Translations under genes and position numbers: made by a program
In this document: piece after piece, positions 10,236 through 19,874 of the stretch
Numbering within the stretch: position 1 is the stretch's first letter
Layout of the letters: each line of letters starts with the position of its first letter
The notes under the pieces: generated by a model
What the model was told of the DNA's origin: nothing
The model's database searches: none
What the model saw: the letters and a program-made list of their open reading frames with translations, nothing else
Source: Thainema sp.
GTDB lineage: Bacteria > Cyanobacteriota > Cyanobacteriia > Phormidesmidales > Phormidesmidaceae
Assembly: GCA_052168235.1 (NCBI GenBank)
Contig: JBQLZK010000006.1
Coordinates: 96,001-160,000 of the forward strand
Reading direction: 5' to 3'
Length of the DNA: 64,000 nt

Positions 10236-10352
10236 CAGTTCCTTTCCCAAATACCTCCTACAATGAAAGGCGAAATGCTGCTAAAAGTGCGATCGCACAT
10301 TCTCGCCATCCAGACGTATCGAGACCGATAGAAAGTTCTGATTTTTAACTCT

Positions 10353-10757
10353 ATGAATCCAGATACTATCACCCAGTTTTTCCAGAAAGGGGTTCACGTT
10401 ACCCTCGGAGCAACAACCGCCTTGGTTGAGTCACTGCAAGATGCTCAAAAGCGCGATGAGAATATGTCAAAGCTCTCATCTGACTTTGACGGCCTAGTTG
10501 AAGATCTCGCTGTAAAAGGCGAAATCACCGAGCAAGAAGCGCGCAGAATGGTGGAATCGATGTTTGCCCAAGTGAATGGCTCCATGTCTAACAGCACGGC
10601 AGCTTCTGGCACACCACCCAACCCAATTGTCAATACAACTGCAACCGTTGTTCCTGATCCCGCCGTACAAGCCGATTTGCAGGAACTCACGGCTCAAATT
10701 GCTGCCATGCGAGCCGAAATTGAACGATTAAAGAATGAAGGCTCTGCCGATATGTAA
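10353..10757 (+). CDS. Phasin-like coiled-coil hypothetical protein
   Basis: QKG.HVTLGAT..LVE, LAVKGEITEQEARRMVE, C-terminal coiled coil. Confidence 0.65.
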   Translation: MNPDTITQFFQKGVHVTLGATTALVESLQDAQKRDENMSKLSSDFDGLVEDLAVKGEITEQEARRMVESMFAQVNGSMSNSTAASGTPPNPIVNTTATVVPDPAVQADLQELTAQIAAMRAEIERLKNEGSADM

Positions 10758-10944
10758 GATCAAGTCCGTGTATGAGAACTCAATTTATTTTTGTGAAAGC
10801 TTGGCTAAGCCAAGCTTTCACAAAAATAAATTACTGGGTTTTGACCGAGCTTCGTATAATTTGTTCCATCAACGCAAAGAAGAGGACACCAAGTGTCCTC
10901 TTCTTTGCGTTAGCGATTTTTACAATTGATTTCGGAAGGCTTGT

Positions 10945-13479
10945 TTACGCTACTCGGCCTTCTTCGACCCCTTGTTCCTGGTCAATAAACTCCTGAACCC
11001 GAGCACGATATTCCCGCAAATTTGTATCCATCCATTCCACATCCTCGCTGTTGGAATAGATATGCACCAGCGGTTCGCCCGCATCCGGCAGAATTAGCAC
11101 CCAGCTATCATCGTATGGATTGACGATCTTCACTCCGTCAATGAGTTCCAGATTCTCCGCTGGATGAGTTTCAACCAAGTGACGCATCAGTGCCCCCTTT
11201 ACCGTCCAAGGACAGCGTACCGTTTGCGTCCGGTGGCATACACCCGGCAGATCTTGCCGAATTTGGGCTAGGGAGCGATTCTGCACCGACAGCATCTCAA
11301 TTAGCTTGGCGATGCAGAACATGGCATCAAAACCGGGATGAAGCTGCGGGAAGATAAAGCCCATGTCGCCGCTGCCGCCTAGTACAACATTGGCACTGGT
11401 ATGGCACGCTTCCATGAGCGCCGTGGGATTGGCCTTGGTGCGAATCACGCGACCATCATGACGACGAGCAATCTGTTCAACCGAACTGGAGGTGTATACG
11501 GGCACCACAATCGTGCTGCGGGGATGAGCCGTCAGAATCATATGGGTCATCAGTGCCGTCAGCGCTTCACCCCGAATTTGGCTACCCGCTTCGTCCACGA
11601 GGATAAGCTGTTCACCATTGGCTGAAACCTGGACGCCAAACGTCGCCTTTAGCGCCTCAACGACATGGCCGAGTTGAGTGAGCAACTCTTCGCGATCCTC
11701 ATTTGTCGGTGCCGTTTGGCTCAGACTCGCGTTGAGCACAACGGCGTCACAGCCAAATTTTCCTAACAACTGCGGCAGAATTGCGCCCGATACCGCATAG
11801 GCGTAGTCAATCACGACCTTGGAGTTACTATCCCGCACTGCATTGACCGTTAGATGCCCCTCGAATGCCGTGCTGTATTTGTCAATAATTTGGCTGGGAT
11901 AGATCACATTGCCGATTTCTTCGATTTGGGCACGGCGCAGATCTTCTTTAAAGTACGCCCCTTCAATCTTTTTCTCTTTGCCCTTCGAGAGATTAATCCC
12001 TTTACTATCAAAAAATTCGATCAAGAGCTGATCCGGGCGATCGGGATGAATGCGGACATGTACGCCACCTTCCACATTGGTCATGGTCGGCACAACCGTC
12101 CGCGCGGCAGGAATAGCCGTAGCTTCTAAATTTTGCACATGAATGCCAACAGACATTAAGCCGGAAATTAGCGATCGCGAAACCATGCGCGAAATACTGC
12201 GCTGGTCGCGGGAAACCGTTACGCTGGTTCCTGGCTTTAGGGTTGAACCATAGGCCGCACCCAGCTTGACCGCGAATTCTGGCGTGATGTCAATGTTAGC
12301 AAGACCCACAACACCTCGCTGACTGAACAAGTTGCGCTTGGCCGTGTTGCCCCAAATTAAATTGATATTGAGGGTGGCACCCGACTCAATCTTTTTGCTC
12401 GGCCATACACGAACACCCGGACTAATCTGGGCTTCTTCTCCCACGGTTGAGAGGGAACCAATCACTGCTCCTTCAAGAATGTGAGCACGCCGATCGACGC
12501 GGGTACCGCGAGAAATCACACAGGCGCGCAGATGAGTTTCTTCCCCGATAATTGCGCCATTCCAAATAATCGGACGCTTCAAATCGGCATCGTTGCCAAT
12601 CGTGGCATTGTCGCCAATCACCGTGCCAGCTTCTAGGCGGACACGGGGGCCAATGCGGCAGTTGCTGCCCACTAAAACAGGCGGTTCGACTTCAGCCGTC
12701 GGATCAATATAAGTGTTCTCGCCCACCCAAATACTAGGAGACTGCTCCTCATAGGCAAAGTCTACTTTTACCTTACGATGCAGGGCATCATACTGAGCTT
12801 CCCGATAAGCATCCAAGTGACCGACATCGCACCAGTAGCCCTCGGCGATGTAGCCAAACATGGGTTCCCCTTTTGCCAGCAGGGTGGGGAATAAATCTTT
12901 TGAAAAATCAGATTCTTGGTTATCCGGCAGATAGTCTAATACTTCTGGCTCTAGAATATAGGCTCCGGTATTGACCGTATCGGAGAAGATTTCGCTGGTG
13001 GAGGGTTTCTCCAAAAAGCGGCGAATACGGTTTTCCTCATCTGTGATCACGACGCCAAATTCGATGGGATTAGGCACCCGCTTGAGGATGAGCGTCGCCT
13101 TTGAGCCTTTCTCCTTGTGGAATCGAATTGCCTGAGTGAGATCAAAGTCCGTAATACTATCGCCGCTGATGACTAAGAACGTATCATCTAGCAGTTCTGC
13201 AATGTTTTTGACGCAGCCAGCCGTACCAAGGGGCTGATCTTCCTCAACCGCATAGGTCATCTGCACGCCAAAATCGCTGCCGTCTTGGAAATAATCCCGC
13301 ATGACATCGGGCAGGTAGTATAGCGTTGCGATGATTTCGTTGATGCCGTGTCGCTTGAGCAAATTAACAATATGCTCTGCGATCGGGCGATTGAGAATCG
13401 GCACCATTGGCTTAGGTAGGTCGCAGGTCAGCGGTCTTAGCCGTGTTCCAGACCCTCCCGCCATTAGAACTGCTCTCAT
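10945..13479 (-). CDS. Mannose-1-phosphate guanylyltransferase-like protein (NTP transferase + hexapeptide repeats + phosphohexomutase-like domains)
   Basis: [39 protein letters not shown], hexapeptide region, PGM/PMM-like C-terminal half; RBS AGGAGG. Confidence 0.92.
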   Translation of the reverse strand: MRAVLMAGGSGTRLRPLTCDLPKPMVPILNRPIAEHIVNLLKRHGINEIIATLYYLPDVMRDYFQDGSDFGVQMTYAVEEDQPLGTAGCVKNIAELLDDTFLVISGDSITDFDLTQAIRFHKEKGSKATLILKRVPNPIEFGVVITDEENRIRRFLEKPSTSEIFSDTVNTGAYILEPEVLDYLPDNQESDFSKDLFPTLLAKGEPMFGYIAEGYWCDVGHLDAYREAQYDALHRKVKVDFAYEEQSPSIWVGENTYIDPTAEVEPPVLVGSNCRIGPRVRLEAGTVIGDNATIGNDADLKRPIIWNGAIIGEETHLRACVISRGTRVDRRAHILEGAVIGSLSTVGEEAQISPGVRVWPSKKIESGATLNINLIWGNTAKRNLFSQRGVVGLANIDITPEFAVKLGAAYGSTLKPGTSVTVSRDQRSISRMVSRSLISGLMSVGIHVQNLEATAIPAARTVVPTMTNVEGGVHVRIHPDRPDQLLIEFFDSKGINLSKGKEKKIEGAYFKEDLRRAQIEEIGNVIYPSQIIDKYSTAFEGHLTVNAVRDSNSKVVIDYAYAVSGAILPQLLGKFGCDAVVLNASLSQTAPTNEDREELLTQLGHVVEALKATFGVQVSANGEQLILVDEAGSQIRGEALTALMTHMILTAHPRSTIVVPVYTSSSVEQIARRHDGRVIRTKANPTALMEACHTSANVVLGGSGDMGFIFPQLHPGFDAMFCIAKLIEMLSVQNRSLAQIRQDLPGVCHRTQTVRCPWTVKGALMRHLVETHPAENLELIDGVKIVNPYDDSWVLILPDAGEPLVHIYSNSEDVEWMDTNLREYRARVQEFIDQEQGVEEGRVA

Positions 13480-13797
13480 ACATCCTCCTTAGTGGTTACG
13501 GTCTTACTGCACCATTGAAACTGGTTCGGATCAGCGCGATTGCTTGTGAATCGGGGTTTATCCATCAAACAAGTCATGCTTAGGGTCAACCCTGACATTC
13601 TAAAGTACCTAAATAATAGTCATTGCTGGAACCAGACTCTAGTCATGATGTGGGCAAGGGATGAGATCATGCCAGAGTGATGATATAAATGATGGGGTCT
13701 TTGTCCATCCCCTAATATGGCGAAGTTGCTGTTGTAACATGGGGTTGAGTCCGTCTTTGCGTTTACTGCCTTAGAGTTTTGGGTTGACTTGACATTC

Positions 13798-14418
13798 ATG
13801 AAATTGGTTTTTGCTTCCTTGGCCCACTCCGTTGCCTCATGTTTCGATTTAGTGTTGTCCTATCGACGCCGAGTGACGATGATTTGCCTGAGTCTGCTGC
13901 TGATTCTTTTCAGTGCTGGCTGGCATCCTGTGCCTGCTCTGGCTGGCCTGAATGACGATAACTACGATGGCAATATTTATCCGCTGTATGCCGGCAATGG
14001 CGCGCTTGTGCCTCCCCGCGTCACGCTAGAATCCTCCATTAAACAAGGCAGACCTGCTGTTGTAGTGTTTTATGTGGACGATAGCAAAGACTGCAAGCAG
14101 TTTTCCACTGTTGTTTCGCAGCTAGAAGGGTTCTATGGACGAGCGGCTAATTTTATTCCTGTGATTGCCGATGCTGTTCCCGCAAAATCCAGCTACGACA
14201 AGACAGAACCAGGTTATTACTACAAGGGCATGGTGCCGCATACCCTTGTTTTTGATCAGTCCGGGGATGTGGTTTTCAATGAAATTGGCAATATTGCGTT
14301 TGAACCGATTGATGATGTGATGCGAGAAGTGTTTAACCTACTGCCGCGTGCTGAATCCGTTGAACTCAAGCGTCGCCCGGTGAATGAAGTGAATACCGAG
14401 TTGGTGCCTGACAATTAA
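13798..14418 (+). CDS. Thylakoid membrane photosystem I accumulation factor (thioredoxin-like fold)
   Basis: DDNYDGNIYPLYAGNGALVPPRVTL, FYVDDSKDCKQF, ELKRRPVNEVNTEL. Confidence 0.78.
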   Translation: MKLVFASLAHSVASCFDLVLSYRRRVTMICLSLLLILFSAGWHPVPALAGLNDDNYDGNIYPLYAGNGALVPPRVTLESSIKQGRPAVVVFYVDDSKDCKQFSTVVSQLEGFYGRAANFIPVIADAVPAKSSYDKTEPGYYYKGMVPHTLVFDQSGDVVFNEIGNIAFEPIDDVMREVFNLLPRAESVELKRRPVNEVNTELVPDN

Positions 14419-14481
14419 TCTTGTCGATCAATACAGAACAGACGGCAATCCTCCCTGACCATTTAGTTAAGAAAAGCGCAG

Positions 14482-14518
14482 AATAGAGAGTAATGAACCC
14501 AGTTCATTACTCTCTATT
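14482..14518 (+). terminator. 17-bp perfect hairpin, likely terminator
   Basis: AATAGAGAGTAATGAAC-CCA-GTTCATTACTCTCTATT followed by T-rich tract. Confidence 0.65.
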
Positions 14519-14573
14519 TGTTTTTGAAATATTTTTGCGCTGTTTGGGCGCTGCAGATCTGGCGCTGCATATT

Positions 14574-14646
14574 TAAACCCCAACAGGGTTGAAAAGTAGA
14601 GTTTTCCCTTAGGGAAAACTCTACTTTTCAACCTGGATTTGGTTTA
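14574..14646. mobile_element. TA-ended palindromic MITE-like element
   Basis: TAAACC...GGTTTA termini; perfect 23-bp arms 14587-14609 / 14611-14633. Confidence 0.55.
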
Positions 14647-14663
14647 GTACTAAAGTCATTCTG

Positions 14664-15329
14664 ATGCTTATGCAAGTACTGCTCATTCATGGTCTTGCCC
14701 GTACATCTTTATCCTTACTGAATCTTGAAGCACGGCTGCGGCAGGCAGGTTACCAGACCCAGCACTTTAGCTACTTCGCGTTTTTAGATTCATTTGATGC
14801 GATCGCAACTCGACTCCAGCAGCGATTACATGCGATCGCAGCACAAGGCCCATATAGTATCGTGGCCCATTCATTAGGCGGCATTCTCAGCCGCGCTGCA
14901 CTGGGCTCAAGCGGTGTTCCTCAGCCAGAGCATGTGGTAATGTTAGGCCCGCCAAACCAGTTGCCGCGCTTGGCTCCTATGGCTTGGTATTTACCTCCAT
15001 TTCGCTGGTACACCGGACAATGCGGCTTTAATTTAAGCTGCCCAGAGTTCTATAAAGCTCTACCGGGTCTACAAAGCCCTTACACCATTGTGGCGGGTAC
15101 GAATGGCCCGCGCGGGTTACTCAGCCCCTTTGGGGATGAAGTGAATGATGGCATTGTCGCGCTCAGCGAAACCCGCTTGTCGCCCCATGACCGCATCGTG
15201 CATCTGCCGGTTTGGCATACGTTTATGATGAATCACTCAGCTGTGCAAGATCAGGTGGTGCTGGCATTGAGAAACAGTTCAGCTTTGGGCAATGCCGCCA
15301 GCACTTTAGCGGCGACGACGATAGATTAG
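14664..15329 (+). CDS. Alpha/beta hydrolase (lipase/esterase-like)
   Basis: LLIHGL, AHSLGG nucleophile elbow, NDGIV, HTF. Confidence 0.88.
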   Translation: MLMQVLLIHGLARTSLSLLNLEARLRQAGYQTQHFSYFAFLDSFDAIATRLQQRLHAIAAQGPYSIVAHSLGGILSRAALGSSGVPQPEHVVMLGPPNQLPRLAPMAWYLPPFRWYTGQCGFNLSCPEFYKALPGLQSPYTIVAGTNGPRGLLSPFGDEVNDGIVALSETRLSPHDRIVHLPVWHTFMMNHSAVQDQVVLALRNSSALGNAASTLAATTID

Positions 15330-15739
15330 GCCCCAGCAAATTGAGTTTGGTCTTTTATGCTTCAACAAGTAATTGACCTCCGTCTTTTGAGACGCATGTA
15401 GTTTGAGTATGCCGCTCAAAAGAAATTTTAAGAAATATGAATTAATTGCTTTTCACAATTTAATTGGATCGCATTCATTGGTGAATTAACCGCAAGCAAT
15501 ATTGAGTTTTTTGGGCAAGAAATCATTTTTAGCCAATTTTTTCTTCATTAATCCGCCAAAAGCTCTATAGATGAAAAATCTAGCTGTCGTTTGGGTTTAA
15601 GTCCATAAGTTGATTGACAAATTATTGATTGAGATGTGGTAAGTGGGAACATTAACTGTGATTTCCATCTGTGTTGATTTCTGCCCAAGAATAAAAACGC
15701 AGAGCGTTATCCGTCAATTACCTATTCTCAAAGATCCGC

Positions 15740-17092
15740 ATGCTAGAACTCTTCAATGCTGTTTTTAGTCCCGATCAGTACATGCCGCATGGAATGTGTT
15801 ACTTGTGGCAACCAGCTCTCGTTACGCTGCATGTTATTGCCAACCTTCTGATTGCTGCCGCCTATTTTTCGATTCCGGTAATGCTCATTTATTTCGTTTC
15901 AAAACGAAAAGATGTGGCATTTGGTGGCGTTTTTCTGCTGTTTGGTGCGTTTATCATTGCCTGCGGTATTGGGCACTTGATGGATATCTGGACGCTGTGG
16001 CACCCGGCTTATTGGCTAGCGGGTGTGATTCGGGCGGCCACTGCGGCAGTATCGGTGTATACAGCGGTGCAGCTCGTGAATCTGATTCCACAAGCATTAT
16101 CGTTGCCGAGTCCGGCCCAGCTAGAAGCGGCTAATTTAGAACTCGCGACGACACTGAATCAGCTAAAGGCAACCCAAACCCAGCTTGTGCAGAACGAAAA
16201 GATGTCAAGCTTAGGCCAAATGGTGGCAGGAATTGCCCATGAAATTAATAATCCGGTCAATTTTATTCACGGCAATATCAGCTATGTGGAAGAGTATGCT
16301 AGGGATTTGCTCGATATTCTGCGGCTCTATCGAACTGCTTATCCTCAACCTGCGCCTGAGATTACAGATGCGATCGCAGAACGCGACCTAGAGTTCATTG
16401 AAGAAGATATGCCGAAAATGCTGGCATCTATGCGGATGGGTACGGAGCGGATCTGCAAAATTGTCCAATCGCTACGGAACTTCTCGCGCATGGATGACGA
16501 ACTGAAGGCGGTGAATATTCACGAGGGATTAGAGAGTACGCTGATGATTTTGCGGAATCGCCTCAAAGCAAAATCGGATCGGCCTGAAATTAAAATAGTC
16601 AAGTCCTACGATACGCTGCCCTTGGTGGAATGCCATGTGGGTCAGCTCAATCAGGTGTTTATGAATATTCTCACCAATGCCGTTGACGCTTTGGAAGAGC
16701 AGATGGATCGTACATCTTCCAAGGATGAACTGGCTCACGCTGAAACCGCCTGTATTACGATTGTGACTCGGGTGGAAGGGGCACAGGCTGTGATTGAAAT
16801 TCAGGATAACGGGCCAGGCATGACGCCTGAAACGCAGCGCAAGCTGTTCGATCCGTTTTTCACTACGAAGGAAATTGGTAAAGGAACGGGGTTGGGACTG
16901 GCAATTAGCCACCAGATTATGACCGAACGACATGATGGTCAGCTACTGTGCGTATCGGAACTGGGTAAGGGGACGTCGTTTATCATTCAGCTCCCAATCC
17001 AGGTGCATCATGCTTCGGTTCCGAATGCGGTTCAGACAATGTCGCCGAAGTCTGCGACTCCAGCCTATGCTGCTTGTCCAATTCGGGTTTAG
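15740..17092 (+). CDS. Sensor histidine kinase with ETR1-like ethylene-binding transmembrane domain
   Basis: YMPHGMC, ANLLIAAAYFSIP, FGAFIIACGIGH; AHEINNP H-box, N-box, DNGPG, FDPFFTTK, GTGLGL. Confidence 0.9.
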   Translation: MLELFNAVFSPDQYMPHGMCYLWQPALVTLHVIANLLIAAAYFSIPVMLIYFVSKRKDVAFGGVFLLFGAFIIACGIGHLMDIWTLWHPAYWLAGVIRAATAAVSVYTAVQLVNLIPQALSLPSPAQLEAANLELATTLNQLKATQTQLVQNEKMSSLGQMVAGIAHEINNPVNFIHGNISYVEEYARDLLDILRLYRTAYPQPAPEITDAIAERDLEFIEEDMPKMLASMRMGTERICKIVQSLRNFSRMDDELKAVNIHEGLESTLMILRNRLKAKSDRPEIKIVKSYDTLPLVECHVGQLNQVFMNILTNAVDALEEQMDRTSSKDELAHAETACITIVTRVEGAQAVIEIQDNGPGMTPETQRKLFDPFFTTKEIGKGTGLGLAISHQIMTERHDGQLLCVSELGKGTSFIIQLPIQVHHASVPNAVQTMSPKSATPAYAACPIRV

Positions 17093-17178
17093 CTGCATCG
17101 TCGTAAAGCGCCTAATATAAAGCGCCCAATATAGGATTGCTATAGTGATTAGAACAATGGCACCTTTCGGCTAATTCG

Positions 17179-18174
17179 GTGACAGCAACGTTGATGAGTA
17201 AGCCTACCCATCCCGGCATTAAACTCTCGCAACTCCGCGCCTTGGCTGCAGTGGCGGACTGCGGCAATTTTGGTGAGGCGGCTTGGCAGCTGGGGCTAAC
17301 TCAGCCGTCGGTCAGTCATGCGATCGCAACTTTAGAAGAAGAACTCGGTGTCGTTTTGGTCACACGCGGTCGGCACGGGGCACATCTCACGGCGGCGGGT
17401 CAGCAGATTTTGGAACCTGTTCAGCAGATCCTGTCGCTGGTGGACGATGTGGTGCAGCGGGCGGGGCAGCATCGGGGTTTAGATGGCGGTGAGGTGCGGA
17501 TTGCTACGTTTCGCAGTGCGGCAGCGCATTTATTACCCAAGCTGGTGGCTCAGTTCCAGGCGCAGTTTCCGGCCATTGAGGTGACGATCACGGAGCATTA
17601 TGACTATACCTACGTGGAGCAGGAGGTGCGCGAGGGCAAGGCAGATATTGGGATTACGTTTTTGCCGACAGCGAGTGAGTTCGACACAATTGAAATGCTG
17701 CGGGAGCAGTATGTGGCGGTGCTGCCAACCAGTTTTGTAGTTGAGGCTGATGGGGATGAGAGTGCTGATCCTGCTGTTGCCCACACAATTGAAACTCACG
17801 CTACAAAGCTATCAACAACCAACAATCTAACCTGGAACCAGATCAACCAACTGCCGCTGATTCTCTACCCCGATGACAACAGTTGCTATATAGATGTGCA
17901 GCGGTTCTTTCGGCAGGCAGGATACACGTTAAAGCCGCGCCATCAGTTTCGGGAGACCTCGACGATTTTGAATATGGTGGCGCAGGGGTTGGGGGTGGCG
18001 ATTTTGCCGCAGCTTTCGGCGTATACGCTGCCGGATGGGGTGAGGGTGGTGCAGTTGCCGGAGCGGTTGGAGCGGATTGTGGGGGCGATTATTCGGCTGG
18101 ATGCGTTGCATCCGCCGGCAATTTTTGCGTTTTTGGAGTTATTGAAAACTGGGTTATCAGGATTAAAGCCTTGA
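17179..18174 (+). CDS. LysR family transcriptional regulator
   Basis: NFGEAAWQLGLTQPSVSHAIATLEEELGVVL HTH; VAQGLGVAILP; alternative start ATG 17194. Confidence 0.94.
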   Translation: MTATLMSKPTHPGIKLSQLRALAAVADCGNFGEAAWQLGLTQPSVSHAIATLEEELGVVLVTRGRHGAHLTAAGQQILEPVQQILSLVDDVVQRAGQHRGLDGGEVRIATFRSAAAHLLPKLVAQFQAQFPAIEVTITEHYDYTYVEQEVREGKADIGITFLPTASEFDTIEMLREQYVAVLPTSFVVEADGDESADPAVAHTIETHATKLSTTNNLTWNQINQLPLILYPDDNSCYIDVQRFFRQAGYTLKPRHQFRETSTILNMVAQGLGVAILPQLSAYTLPDGVRVVQLPERLERIVGAIIRLDALHPPAIFAFLELLKTGLSGLKP

Positions 18175-18221
18175 GTGAAGTGAAAGGTTGCTCAGCAACC
18201 TTTCACTTCACTCAAGGCTTT
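18165..18221. repeat. Perfect 28-bp palindrome overlapping the LysR stop codon
   Basis: AAAGCCTTGAGTGAAGTGAAAGGTTGCT-C-AGCAACCTTTCACTTCACTCAAGGCTTT. Confidence 0.9.
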
Positions 18222-18273
18222 TGGGAAATGTTTATTGGGTTGGGGTTGTTTGTTGGGTAAGGAAGGGCTGCTT

Positions 18274-18545
18274 CTGAGGGGACTAGCCCCCTCAGGCTCC
18301 CCCACTGGTGCGTTCCGACGCCCCAGGCCCCCCCGGACGAGGTGATCGGTGAGTGGGACTAAATCGCTTCGCTTTGCCGGGGAGGATCTGACGTTACTTG
18401 TCACGGCTCTCTTGGGTTTGGCGGAACGCCAAACCTATTACCCCCAACAGGTATCTGTTACCACTCAACACGTTAGCTTTTTTGGAGGGGGTCTGGGGGA
18501 CGCAACCGTCTCCCAGCGGGGGTGTGGGGGCAAGCCGCCCCCACA
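18274..18545. repeat. Two oppositely oriented G/C-rich double-hairpin elements
   Basis: 18274-18334 (minus) and 18487-18545 (plus) both read GGGGG-Y-CTGGGG-[hairpin]-CCAG-N-GGGGG-[hairpin]. Confidence 0.6.
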
Positions 18546-18549
18546 AACG

Positions 18550-18653
18550 GGGTTTTCGCTACTCCATCAAAACGTTAAGCAAGTCAGGGTTTTCGCTACT
18601 TCGCCAAAACGTTAAGCAAGCAAATCAGAATTTTCGCTACTCTCTAGAACGTT
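18550..18653 (+). repeat. Three tandem imperfect direct repeats (37/41 bp period)
   Basis: GGGTTTTCGCTACT-N5-AAAACGTTAAGCAAG at 18550 and 18587; degenerate third copy at 18628. Confidence 0.85.
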
Positions 18654-18679
18654 CTCAAACGACTAAAAGGCGCAGCCTT

Positions 18680-19678
18680 CTAACCATGTCGCTTCTGATG
18701 CCAGTTCCACGCATGACGAATAATCGTTGGCAGATCCGCATATTGGGGCTGCCAGCCCAGAATTGAGCGGGCTTTTTCGCTGCTGCCAACTAGAGCTGGT
18801 GGATCGCCGGGTCTGCGATCGCACTCTACCGCAGGAATGTTTCGTCCCGTTACCTGCCGCGCCACGTCGATCACTTCTCGCACGGAAAAACCGTTACCGT
18901 TGCCGAGGTTGAAAATGGCTGTCTCACCACCATTCAACAGATACTTGAGTCCCAACACATGAGCGTCAGCTAAATCCGTTACATGAATATAGTCGCGGAT
19001 GCAGGTGCCGTCGGGGGTGGGGTAGTCGGTGCCGAAGATGGAGATAGACTCTCGTTTGCCGAGGGCGGTTTGCAAGACGAGTGGAATCAGGTGGGTTTCG
19101 GGGTTGTGGTCTTCGCCGAGGCGACCTTCCGGATCGGCTCCGCAGGCGTTGAAGTAGCGGAAGCGGACGGAACGCAGGTCATAGGCATGGTCGAAGTCAT
19201 CTAGGATTTGCTCCACCATATATTTGCTGCGACCGTAGGGATTAATCGGATCCTGGGGATGATCTTCTGGGATGGGATTGGTTTTGGGGACGCCGTAGCT
19301 GGCGCAGGTGGAGGAGAAGACGAAGTTCTTCACGCCAGCGGCATTCATGGCTTCCAGCAGGGTGAGGGTGCCTGTAACGTTATTTTGGTAGTACTTGCCC
19401 GGATCGCTGACGGATTCACCCACATAGGCATAGGCAGCAAAGTGCATGACTGCGGCAACCTTATAGGAAGCAAATAGCTGATCGAGCAGCGTTCGATCGG
19501 CGGTGTCGCCTGCGATCATTTCAACCTGTAGGACTTGTTCGACCAGATCTTGGTGACCATACACGAGGTTGTCCAAAATCAGGACATCATAACCAGCCTG
19601 TTTGAGGGCTAGAACAGCGTGGGAGCCAATATATCCGGCTCCACCAGTTACCAAAACAAGGGGTTTTGCATCTGTCAC
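18680..19678 (-). CDS. galE: UDP-glucose 4-epimerase
   Basis: VTGGAGYIGSH, YGRSK (YxxxK), RYFNACGA, GEDHNPETHLIP, DGTCIRDYIHV. Confidence 0.97.
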   Translation of the reverse strand: MTDAKPLVLVTGGAGYIGSHAVLALKQAGYDVLILDNLVYGHQDLVEQVLQVEMIAGDTADRTLLDQLFASYKVAAVMHFAAYAYVGESVSDPGKYYQNNVTGTLTLLEAMNAAGVKNFVFSSTCASYGVPKTNPIPEDHPQDPINPYGRSKYMVEQILDDFDHAYDLRSVRFRYFNACGADPEGRLGEDHNPETHLIPLVLQTALGKRESISIFGTDYPTPDGTCIRDYIHVTDLADAHVLGLKYLLNGGETAIFNLGNGNGFSVREVIDVARQVTGRNIPAVECDRRPGDPPALVGSSEKARSILGWQPQYADLPTIIRHAWNWHQKRHG

Positions 19679-19874
19679 AGTGGTTCTCCTCCTAATGCTG
19701 AATATGCTGTCATGCCCAAATTGTCATATCACTTTAAGATCCTACAACTGTGCTGCCCGGAACTTTGTATTAGATTTATGGGACGGTGATGGGAGAGGCT
19801 GTAGCGGGTAGGTGCGCGATCGCAAATATCCCCACAAACGCAAACACAAACATCTGTAGGTGGTGTGAGCAACT

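Noticed and set aside
18550..18653. CRISPR mini-array
   Set aside because: Variable segments are only 3-7 nt, there are three units, and no cas genes are in the window.
18192..18766. Short ORFs in the LysR-galE spacer
   Set aside because: They run through palindromes and tandem repeats and show no domain signal.
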